From an uncultured Chloroflexia bacterium (GTDB taxonomy: Bacteria > Chloroflexota > Dehalococcoidia > DSTF01 > JALHUB01): a stretch of 18,865 bases of DNA. The DNA lies in the NCBI GenBank assembly GCA_963726245.1, contig CAVSBT010000034.1, forward strand, positions 1-18,865, in the 5' to 3' direction. Position numbers and translations under genes: made by a program. The notes under the pieces are model-generated. The model searched no databases, was not told the DNA's origin, and saw nothing but the letters and a program-made list of their open reading frames with translations. Every line of letters starts with the position of its first letter. The stretch's first letter is position 1. Of this stretch, positions 1 through 8,563 are shown piece by piece.

Positions 1-1
1 C

Positions 2-94
2 ACCAGAAGAAGGACGCAAGTCCTCTTGGCCGAACGCTACTCGGAAGAAATTGCAGCCGGACAGGAGGTCCCTGCCGTCTCATCGTCAAGCTAA
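2..94 (+). CDS. 3' end of an unidentified upstream gene (TRRRTQVLLAERYSEEIAAGQEVPAVSSSS*)
   Basis: Frame is open from the window edge to TAA at 92-94, 21 nt before the next start. Too short to identify. Confidence 0.4.
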   Translation, partial: TRRRTQVLLAERYSEEIAAGQEVPAVSSSS

Positions 95-115
95 CGCGGC
101 CGACCGAGGACTGCC

Positions 116-1049
116 TTGGTAGACTCAACCATGGTGAAGCCACTTCACCCCAAGGACTTGACAGCACTGGTCGTCGAAGATGACCACAACGACGCAACGA
201 TAGCTGCAAGGGCGCTCAATACGTTCGGCATCAAGAAGTGCCGCACGGTGGGCACTGCGGAGGATGCGCTGGCGTTCCTGGCCGATCACACGCGCGACGT
301 CGCGCTCATCGACTACAGGTTGCCCGGAATGAACGGCCTGCAACTCCTGGAGCGCACTCGTGAATTGTACCCTGACATCCTGGCTATCCTCGTGACGGGG
401 GTTAGGGACGAAAATGTCGCAGTCTCCGCCATGAAGCTAGGCGCAGCCGACTACGTGGCCAAGGATGACCTTCTCACGGGCCACCTCGTTCGCTCCCTAC
501 AGACCGCTCTGAGGGAACGGATGGCTTCGCGCGACGAAGAGCGCAGAGCAGTGATCTTCATCTGGTGCGGATAAGATTCAGGTAGCCAGCGAGGAAGCGA
601 GGTGGCTCGTGGATTTGGTCTGTGAGGCCTCGTATGACCTGACGGCGCGTCGCTTTCGGGACAAGTGGTCTGACGTCCTGGCTTCGAACTCACCGCTTGG
701 CGACCGCGTGCCGTCAGGCTCTGTTGCCCTAGATTACGGGGAGGAGCAGTGGTCCGACGTGCTCGATGCCTTCCTGCAATACGTGAGCGAATCCTTTCGT
801 GTGTTTCCCGCTCCCGCCTCGAAGGAAGAGGATTTGCTCGTCGGAAGGTTCGTCGCGCGCGGTTCAAGCCCCCGAGAGGTCATGATGGTCTATCGAGCTG
901 CGCTGCGGTCACTATTGTCCGAGCCTACTAGGACAGAGGCGGAGCCGCCATTGAACCCCACGGTTCTCCTTGCCCGGATACTGGCCCGCCTAATTGATGA
1001 GTGCCAGCGGCAGTCGTCTGTCATGGCAGCAGGCGAGAACACAGCCTAG
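116..1049 (+). CDS. Response regulator: receiver domain plus helical output domain (KaiA-C/RsbU-N-like); apparent one-base frameshift near 557
   Basis: Receiver motifs are intact: VVEDD, phosphoacceptor IDYRLPG, LVTG, DYVAK. GAGGA at 106-110 precedes TTG116 (ATG131 is an alternative). The second frame is open from 555 (SSGADKIQVASEEARWLVDL...). Removing one T from ATCTTCA joins ORFs 116..574 and 609..1049 into a 310-aa protein. Confidence 0.8.
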
Positions 1050-1169
1050 CGATCTGGTTAGAGCCAAACGCGAGCCACAGAAGCCCATCTGCCTACCGAG
1101 GACGTGGGGATGATGCGCGTGTTGGACTGGACAGGCTCAAGTGCGTCCAGTGGGTAGAAGGCGCCCGTC

Positions 1170-1305
1170 TCCATGAACTCGCGCCGACGCTCATCCCGGA
1201 GGGTGGCCCCTCCCGCCACCGCTCCGGTCAGCGCGGTGAGGCTGGTGATGCCGGGAGCCACGAACTGGTTATAGTCCTCGATGCCCGCCGTTACCGTCCA
1301 CACGC
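1170..1305 (-). pseudogene. Short remnant of an ABC-2 type permease
   Basis: GIEDYNQFVAPGITSLTALTGAVAGGATLRDERRREFME parallels the YLDFMAPGILAQ...IIWERDLG segment of the permease at 10680-11530. The rest of the gene is absent. Confidence 0.5.
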
Positions 1306-1323
1306 CAGGCGCCGCCCATCCTC

Positions 1324-3804
1324 TCAGTCCAGTGCTCGGGCCGCGTAGGCGAGCGCCGCCAGGCCGACGGCGTAGCTGACGCATCCCGCCCAGAACGCCG
1401 ACGAGATCCCCCAGGACAGCGCGATGAGCACGGCCAGCACCGACGCGCACACCGACATGGCACCGTTGATTCCCCACAGGAACGCCATCGGTGCGTCCGG
1501 CCGCAACGATGCCATCTTCATCCCGATTGGGAAGGGCATCCCCATCAGGAAGCCGATGGGCACCAGCATGGCCGTGGCCGCTGCGATGCGGACCGGCGTC
1601 GTCGCTGAGTCGAACCGGTGGATGACGAGAGGCGTCACAAAAGCAAAGGCGACGAGCAACATCATCAGGGGCACGAACGGCCACAAGGTAGACCGGCGCG
1701 GATGCGGATTGCCCAATCGCTGGGTCGCCAGGCTGCCGATGCCGCTGGACAGGAGAAGCGAGAAGAGTACCACCGACAGGGCGTAGGACGGGTGCCCCAG
1801 GAAGATGATGAGGCGCTGCAACTGAGAGACCTCGATGAGCAAGAAGCCCAGACCGATGCCCGAGAAGAACACGAAGAACGGCAGCATGCCCCTCAGGGCC
1901 GCCTTCTTCGTCGTGAGGGACAGCGGCAGGATGATGCTCAGGAAGGTCAGCGACAGGACGGCGATGGTCAGTGAGAACAGCACTCGCGTCGGCCTCGCAA
2001 TGTAGTCCTCCGAAGCCGGCACGCTATTGAAGACATCCTGGGGCCGGACCATTTGAAAGAAGAAGGGTCTATCGTCGGTCGGCGGCGAGATATCGAAGGG
2101 GTAGGCGGCGGCGAAGGCAGCCGGGTCCTTCGCCTCCACGATGGCGTTGAAGGTGGGGTCGCTGGCGTGGTCCGGCGCCAGCACTACCTCGAACCGCATC
2201 TGCCGCGCGACGCGTTCCAGCGTCGCCACGTCCTCCTGCGACAGCGGCTGCGGGCTAACGAGGATCGTGCCCACAGAGGCAAAGGGCGCCGGACCCGTCG
2301 CCAGGAAGAGGTGCTGGCGGGGGTCATCGATGCCCCGGTCGCGCAGGACCTTCGCCGCCAGAGCCGTGAGGCGATAGGCCTCCAGCGGCTGGTCCGGGAC
2401 GTACCAGCGGGAGACGGTCAGCACGCCACCCGGGGTCAGGTGATCGAGGAAGGTCTGCCATGCTTCGACGGTGTAGAGAGAGTTCTCAGAGAGGGCATAG
2501 GCTCCTGCCGCCGTGGCCGCCCAGGTGTCGATGAAGGAGATCTGAATGATGTCGAACTTCTCCTTGGAGCGGGCGATATAGCTCCTCGCCTCGTCGGTGA
2601 CGAACCGGACGCGCGGGTCGCGGTCCAGGTGACCGGTGAAGTCGCCATAGACCTTGTTGACGGCGTCCAGGATCTGCTGGTTGATCTCGACGCCGGTGAC
2701 TGAGTGCTGGTTGAAGGCCAGGGCCGACAGGACGTCGCTGCCGCCGCCTACACCGACGACCAGCACGTCGGCGTTGCTCCTGATGTAGTGCGCCAGGTTC
2801 ACCACCTGGTACTTGAGGTGTTCTATCGTTGCCGGGTTGCCGTCGTAGTGGGTGAGGACCGTGCCGGCGCTGGCGTCGATGGTCATGCCGAGCTGGCGCA
2901 CCTGGAAGCCAGCCGGTAGGGTGGGGCTCATGCCTCCACCGACCGGCCTGGCGAGCACGTTTGGGTCGCCAGCTACCTTGATCCGGGAGAACGAGTTCCA
3001 CTTCTCGTAGAGGCCGGGCTCGTCCCGCTCGCCCTTGGTCCACATTAGCCGCAGGATCGGCTCCTGATGTCGGAACGCGACAGCGTTGTTGATGGTGAAG
3101 CCCAAGAGCAGGCCGGCGGCACAGGCGGCGAGCCACATCGTGCTGCGCGTCCCGGCATCATAGGCGAAGAGCACTGCGCCGACGCAGCAGAGCGAGGCGA
3201 TGGCGACTACGGCAGACGGGCCGTCGAGGACATCGAGGAGCCGAAGGAGGGCGATGGTTCCCAGAGCCGCGCCCACCAGGTCGGCCGCGTACAGCTTGCT
3301 GACCTGCCGGCTGAACTTCGTAAGGGCCAGGCAGACACAAATGCCGCTGAACATGAAGGGGACAGAGATTACCAGGTAGGTGAAGCCGACGGAGTAGACT
3401 CCCATGAGCGTCCACTCTGGGTTGAAGGGGATCGAGAGCTGGGTGAGGAAGCTGACAATTATCGCCACGCCGAAGAGGAGCGCAAATAGCGAAAGCCGCT
3501 CCTTGGCCTTTTCGTCTGGAAAGCGCTCCGGCAAGAGGTAAACCAGCAAGGCGCCGACGGTCATCCCGAAGAGGGCTACTGAGACAGCGACAAAGGCAAA
3601 GTGATACCACATAGTCACGCTGAATATCCGGGTCAGCAGGACTTCGTACATCAGGGTGCTGAAGGAGACCATGAAGAGGCCGGCGTAAGTGCCGGCCGTG
3701 GCCTGCGAGGGGTTGACGGCGCTCTCGCCCGACTTCCTCAGCAGGCCCAGGGGTCGCCGCAGCGCCCCAAGCGTATCCAGGAGTCCCTTATTGCCCGATG
3801 CCAA
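1324..3804 (-). CDS. Polytopic membrane protein with central spermidine-synthase-like class I SAM-binding domain (fused MFS/spermidine synthase family)
   Basis: About 7 TM + soluble domain (VLVVGVGGGSD, GVEIN, DEARSY, FDIIQI, LYTVEAW, LTPGGVL) + about 7 TM. Start uncertain: the ORF extends to GTG3873; TTG3804 has AAGGG upstream and lies downstream of a TACAAT hexamer at 3859-3854. Confidence 0.85.
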   Translation of the reverse strand: MASGNKGLLDTLGALRRPLGLLRKSGESAVNPSQATAGTYAGLFMVSFSTLMYEVLLTRIFSVTMWYHFAFVAVSVALFGMTVGALLVYLLPERFPDEKAKERLSLFALLFGVAIIVSFLTQLSIPFNPEWTLMGVYSVGFTYLVISVPFMFSGICVCLALTKFSRQVSKLYAADLVGAALGTIALLRLLDVLDGPSAVVAIASLCCVGAVLFAYDAGTRSTMWLAACAAGLLLGFTINNAVAFRHQEPILRLMWTKGERDEPGLYEKWNSFSRIKVAGDPNVLARPVGGGMSPTLPAGFQVRQLGMTIDASAGTVLTHYDGNPATIEHLKYQVVNLAHYIRSNADVLVVGVGGGSDVLSALAFNQHSVTGVEINQQILDAVNKVYGDFTGHLDRDPRVRFVTDEARSYIARSKEKFDIIQISFIDTWAATAAGAYALSENSLYTVEAWQTFLDHLTPGGVLTVSRWYVPDQPLEAYRLTALAAKVLRDRGIDDPRQHLFLATGPAPFASVGTILVSPQPLSQEDVATLERVARQMRFEVVLAPDHASDPTFNAIVEAKDPAAFAAAYPFDISPPTDDRPFFFQMVRPQDVFNSVPASEDYIARPTRVLFSLTIAVLSLTFLSIILPLSLTTKKAALRGMLPFFVFFSGIGLGFLLIEVSQLQRLIIFLGHPSYALSVVLFSLLLSSGIGSLATQRLGNPHPRRSTLWPFVPLMMLLVAFAFVTPLVIHRFDSATTPVRIAAATAMLVPIGFLMGMPFPIGMKMASLRPDAPMAFLWGINGAMSVCASVLAVLIALSWGISSAFWAGCVSYAVGLAALAYAARALD

Positions 3805-3972
3805 TGTGTGGTACCCTTGTCCGCCGCCCCCTGTTTCTTGAACAAGCGGGCCTATTGTAAGGCCCAAATACACTTGTGAGCACTAGCCGAAAGGAAGGCC
3901 GCCACCGGCCGCTATCTGAAGGAGTGCGGCTTCCGGCATTCTCTGGGGGAAAAGGTGCCTCTCGGGGTCTGG

Positions 3973-4746
3973 TCAGATCATCCCGAGGAGCTCGCGCAGC
4001 AAAAAGTACACCCCAAACGCCACCATGAACAGCCCGAAGGGCCGGCGCAGGTGTACATGTCGCAGCCATAGGGAAAGCCGAGCTCCCAGGTAGGTTCCCG
4101 GTATGACACCCACACTCAACTGCAGGCAAAGCCACCCATCAATATGCCCGAGCACAGCATGCGTTATCGTGCCAGGGATCGCCAGAAGAGCGACGCAGGG
4201 CAGAGACGTCGCCGCGGCCTGACGCACGTTGGCGCCGAAGAGCAGAACAAAGGCCGGCACCAAAAGGAAACCGCCTCCGTTGGCCAGCAACCCGGATAGG
4301 AGGCCAACCGGGACCGCCACCGCAAGCAGTCTAGTCCCAGGGGGGTCTTGCCAGAGATGTCCCCCACGCCCCAACGTGTCTGGTGGCCCGGCGGAGCGTA
4401 TCATCTCTACCCCAATCACGAGAATGGCCGCTCCAATCATGATCATGAGCCCCTGGGCCGGCGCCCACCGGGTCAGCAGCGCGCCGGCCACCATAGAGGG
4501 CACACCGCCCGCCGCGGTCCAAGCTACGACGCGGATATTGATGAGCTTGTGACCCTGGTAGACGACGACGCCAGCCAAGGCCGTGGGGAGGGTTACAGGC
4601 AAGGGTGACGCCAGGGCGATGAGACGGGGCGTGCCAATAAAGATGCGGAGGAGTGGCGTGCTGATGCTGCTGCCACCTACCCCGAACAGGCCAGAGAAGA
4701 CACCAATAGACAGGCCGAGGGCGGCTACAGCTACCCAATCCGCCAT
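3973..4746 (-). CDS. TauE/SafE (TSUP) family sulfite/anion exporter
   Basis: Two repeats of the family motif (GVFSGLFGVGGSSISTPLL; GLLSGLLANGGGFLLVPAF), AAATSL motif, about 8 TM, 257 aa. Confidence 0.9.
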   Translation of the reverse strand: MADWVAVAALGLSIGVFSGLFGVGGSSISTPLLRIFIGTPRLIALASPLPVTLPTALAGVVVYQGHKLINIRVVAWTAAGGVPSMVAGALLTRWAPAQGLMIMIGAAILVIGVEMIRSAGPPDTLGRGGHLWQDPPGTRLLAVAVPVGLLSGLLANGGGFLLVPAFVLLFGANVRQAAATSLPCVALLAIPGTITHAVLGHIDGWLCLQLSVGVIPGTYLGARLSLWLRHVHLRRPFGLFMVAFGVYFLLRELLGMI

Positions 4747-4819
4747 GGGAATTCCAACATTGGGCCGGCGCGCTCTCCAGTCGCTGAGCTTCTATGTCCG
4801 AAGCCTGGGGCCAATGGCA

Positions 4820-5800
4820 TCACGCAGGCTGTCGCCGATGAAGTGGACTTGCCCATATCTCCCCTGAAGATACCGCTTCTCTAATCCTGGGCAGCACCTG
4901 GCTGTCGATATCGGTGTCCCCGCTCGGCACTGGCACATCGCGGAACAGGAACCAGTGCTCGACATGCTCTACAGTGCCCTCCGGCCGTAGGCGCGTCAGC
5001 GGGCCCAGGGTTTCCAGCTCCAGCATGTCAGCGTCGGTGAACACCTCGACAGAGCAGCCGAAATCGGGGTAGCGCTCGCCTTCGAAGTAGCTGAACTTCT
5101 TCACGAACAAGTGGCCCTCCCGAGCGTAGGCTGCCCAACCGTCGGTGACCATGAAGCCCGCCTTCTGCGGCGTATTGGCTCTCCTGTCCTGACCCAACGT
5201 CACGTACTTGCTGCCCCAGGCCCAGCGCCGGTCCGCCATATCGGTATACGCCCAGAGCGCGATGATGTTCGTCGGCAAGAGGCTCTCCTCGTGCGATGCG
5301 CGCGGCGGCAGCGGGATGATAGCCTTGCCTCCCGGCGCCATGACGGAGAGTGCCCACGGAGCGAGTTCCACCGCCCAGAGGTTGGTGTTGCGGAGACGAT
5401 GGGTCAACTCCACGTGCGCCTCGCTCGCCGACAGTCTTATGTCAATCTCCTTCTGAATCCCCGTTGTTGTCTCAGTGGGCTGAATCATGCGGACGAAGCC
5501 AGTATGCTCCTCCAATTCGACAGGCGAGTTGTCGGGATAGTAGGTCCGTGGCCTGGCTTCGGGAGCGTGCCAGAGGCGATGCCCGCCATAGATGCGCCAC
5601 TCGGCACCGCCCGTCTCGCCCACCATATCGTCGTATTCCTTGAACTCATTCTCCTCACCCACGAATCCGAACCGGATGATGCGTGGTCCGACATCCGTCG
5701 TCACGACAAGGTCAACGAGACCGTTTGACATACGGTAACAGTTCTGCCAGCCCTCGTAGTTTGTCTTTTCCATGTCTACGTTCTGCTGCGCTGAGTGCAC
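4820..5800 (-). CDS. DUF4380 / galactose-mutarotase-like fold protein
   Basis: LVVTTDVGPRIIRFG, YGGHRLWHAPE and ELETLGP motifs typical of this beta-sandwich family. GGGAGG precedes GTG5800; ATG5773 is an alternative start. Confidence 0.7.
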   Translation of the reverse strand: MHSAQQNVDMEKTNYEGWQNCYRMSNGLVDLVVTTDVGPRIIRFGFVGEENEFKEYDDMVGETGGAEWRIYGGHRLWHAPEARPRTYYPDNSPVELEEHTGFVRMIQPTETTTGIQKEIDIRLSASEAHVELTHRLRNTNLWAVELAPWALSVMAPGGKAIIPLPPRASHEESLLPTNIIALWAYTDMADRRWAWGSKYVTLGQDRRANTPQKAGFMVTDGWAAYAREGHLFVKKFSYFEGERYPDFGCSVEVFTDADMLELETLGPLTRLRPEGTVEHVEHWFLFRDVPVPSGDTDIDSQVLPRIREAVSSGEIWASPLHRRQPA

Positions 5801-5926
5801 GTCGCCTCCCTTGGCTTCGGCATACTAGGGTGGACGAGCCCCATCGAGGTCCGCCGCGCCGAACGCACACTGAGTGTGGATCGTGTGTCCTAGGTCGCAA
5901 GGGTGGTTCGACCCTTAGTTCAGACA

Positions 5927-5957
5927 ACAAAGGGGGTTGTTGCGCAACCCCCTTTGT
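5927..5957 (-). terminator. Perfect 13-bp hairpin, possible intrinsic terminator downstream of the binding-protein gene
   Basis: ACAAAGGGGGTTG-ttgcg-CAACCCCCTTTGT. On the minus strand the GC stem is followed by TTTGTTGTCT. Confidence 0.5.
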
Positions 5958-6024
5958 GGAGTAGGTAGGGGAAAGGTGAAGGAGTTGCCCGCGGACTGGC
6001 TCGGCCTGCCCCTGTGTGAGGCCC

Positions 6025-7407
6025 CTACTCTCCCACCCGCCGGTTGTACTCTGCGATGGTTTCGTCGGCCTTGGCGGCAGCGTCCGCCAGGGCCTGCGCG
6101 GGGTCCTTGCCGCCCACCAGCATCTCCTCCACCGCCGTATACACGATTTCGGCCACCTGGTCGGCAGGACCGAGGACGGCTCCCGAAGTGGCAGCCGTGG
6201 CCGGGGTATTACGGTAAAGGTCGAGGGGCACCTGGAAGAGGGGATAGCGGGCCACCATGTCCTGCGCCGCCGGCAGGTCGACAGCAGAGCGGCTGACGGG
6301 GAGGTAGCCGGTGCCACCGACCCACTCGGCCTGCTGCTCGGGTTGCACAAGCCACTTGATGAACTTCCAGGCCGCCTCCTGCTCTTGCTCCGGCCGCTGG
6401 TTCATGATCCAGAGCGCGTAGACAGAGAAGCCGTTAAGGCCCTTGCCCCCAGGGACACCCGGCATCTGGCTGACGCCGATCTCCACGCCCTGCACGCCCT
6501 GCTCCAGGGCATCGATCACGGAGCGCAACGCACCCGCATAGCTGAAGGTCATGGCGACCCGACCGGAGGCCATGGCGAGAAAGTCGTCCGCGTAGGTGGG
6601 GTTGCGGCCCACATTGAACGCCAGCCCGCTATCCACCATGTCGTGCCACCACTGGAAGAACTAGCGACCGGTGTCGTTGTCGAAGAGGACCTTGGTCGCG
6701 CGGCCGTCATGCCCGTTGGACTGGTCTACCCAGAGTTCGTCGTTCTCTGTTAGGACGGTGCTCAGCCAGCCGAAGATGTCGAGGGCGATGCCGCTGCGCA
6801 CCACGTTCCCGGAGGCGTCGCGCTTCAGGATCTTCTCTGAATACTGGCGGAGTTCCTCCAGGTCCTGGGGCGGCTTCTCGGGGTCCAGCCCCACCTCTCG
6901 GAAGGTCACCTTGTTGTAGTACAGGAGGGGCATCTCTCCGGTGAAGGGCATGGCCCATATGCTGTCTTTCACCGTGTAGTATTGCACCGCCTTTTCGTCC
7001 AGGTCCGAGAGGTCATAGCCCTCCTTGTCGATGAAGTCCTGGGCAGGGGCGACGGCACCGCTGTCGATCATTCTCTGAGTCTGGCTCTCGTTCAATAGGA
7101 CCACGGCCGGGACCTGCCCCGAGCCAAGAGACGCGATCAACTTGGCCGCGGCCTCGTCGTAGGCGCCCTGGTAGGACGCACGCACCCTCACCTCGTTCTG
7201 GGACGCGTTGAACTGATCCACGAGGCGGTTCAGGGTCTCCACGTTGGAGCCGACCTCGGAATGCCAGAGGTCAATGCTGACGGGCCCGGCTGCTGGGCGG
7301 GCGCCAGGGGTCTTGGCGGTTGGGGTGCCCTTTTCGCCACCACCGCAAGCCCCCAGGGTCACGGAGAGGAGCAGGACAGCGACTAGCGAGAGCAGTGACT
7401 TTCGCAC
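6025..7407 (-). CDS. ABC transporter solute-binding lipoprotein, sugar/glycerol-3-phosphate (UgpB-like) class, interrupted by in-frame TAG at 6663-6661
   Basis: AAGGAGG before GTG7407; lipobox LGAC; IDLWHS, YQGAYDE, AMPF...LLYYNK, AAWKFIKWL, TGYLPV. ORFs 6661..7407 and 6025..6639 share a frame: ...NDTGR*FFQWWHDMVDSG. Confidence 0.85.
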
Positions 7408-7592
7408 CTCGTGCCTCCTTGCTGGCTTTCTTGCCAGCCCAATCCACCGTACCTTCTGCTATCGCGGCGGCGCGACCAAACTCACTGCCCCCGTCGGGCC
7501 GCCGACAGGCGACATGGCCACGCCAGTTGCCAGCACGAGCACGTGTGGCGGGTGTCGTAGCGTAGCCGAATCGGTGCAGGGGTTTCGGGCGA

Positions 7593-7620
7593 AGGATAGC
7601 ACTACCTGTGGAGATGTCAA
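7593..7620 (-). promoter_or_regulatory. Sigma70-type promoter for the binding-protein gene
   Basis: TTGACA (7620-7615), 16-nt spacer, extended -10 TGc-TATCCT (7598-7593). Confidence 0.65.
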
Positions 7621-7657
7621 GGTTCCAGAGGCCGTTCGGCCGCCGACGAATAGGGCA

Positions 7658-8462
7658 TCACCTGGCGGGCTGTCTCATACACCACGCCGAATGGGGAAGG
7701 TCGCTACACGGAGATAGTCGGCCACCCATTAGCAGATGATCAGCTTGTAATGTTTGTTCTCCAGACCGGCCGTTTTCTGGGTCCAGTCCCGGCCCCGCGT
7801 CGCCCACCAGAACGCATCTAGAGAGGGCCGCCCCGCAGCGCATCGGGGCGACTATTCTCCAGCCGCTTCTCCTACCATCTCGGGCAGACCCCTCCACCTC
7901 GCCTCCCACATGCGCACGCGCCCGCAACGGCATCTCCCGCAGCAGCCACGAGACGAGGAAGCCGACGACGATGAGGGGTACCGCCCACAAGAACACCGTA
8001 CCCAGGGATAGAGAGAAGGCATGGACCACGCCGGCGTGGTGCGACGATGTCGCCGATGACGGCCTGGGACATCGTAATGATCCCGCCGGCTCCCAGGCCC
8101 TGTATGCCCCGAAACAGGACGAGTTGGAGCATGCTGTGTGCGACGCCGGACAAGAGAGACCCCACCAGGAAGATGCAAATGGCAATCTGGAACAGCAGCT
8201 TCCGGCCGTAGAGGTCACTCAGCTTCCCGTACAGCAGCATCGAAGAACAGGAGGTAAGCAGGTAGGCCGTAATGACCCAGGAAAGGTGTTCCAGGCCGCC
8301 TAGCTCGCCGACGATCGTGGGTAAAGCCGTCGACACCACTGTCTGGTCGAGGGATGCCAGCAGCATCCCCGCCATCAGGCCGGTGAACACGATCTGGATC
8401 TGCCGGTGCGAAAGCCCGACTACACCGTCGGCAGTGGGCGCGGAATCTGAGCTGCTACTCAT
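7658..8462 (-). pseudogene. DHA2 (EmrB/QacA-like) MFS transporter pseudogene with about 1-kb internal deletion; paralog of 13262-14875
   Basis: N-terminal part (LSHRQIQIVFTGLMAGMLLASLDQTVVSTALPTI...GDIVAPR) jumps near 8030, with a frame change, to the C-terminal part (GVVHAFSLSLGTVFLWAVP...LREMPLRARAHVG). Both match the intact paralog. Homology ends near 7900; 7658 is only the next stop. Confidence 0.9.
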
Positions 8463-8563
8463 TTCTACCGCGAGTCTGGTTCATGACTACCTGCCGAATC
8501 GACGGCGGCACAGAATGCTTCAAGTGAGTCTGCCAGACGACGGACGGAGTCCTCGCCCATCTC

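Noticed and set aside
5959-6030. GTAGGGG...CCCCTAC pair resembling GTAG-type REP ends
   Set aside because: Only 7-9 bp, overlaps a stop codon, no convincing internal REP hairpin and no further copies seen.
7670-7687. CTGTCTCATACACCACG resembling a Tn5 mosaic end or adapter
   Set aside because: Only a partial match to CTGTCTCTTATACACATCT, with no partner end.
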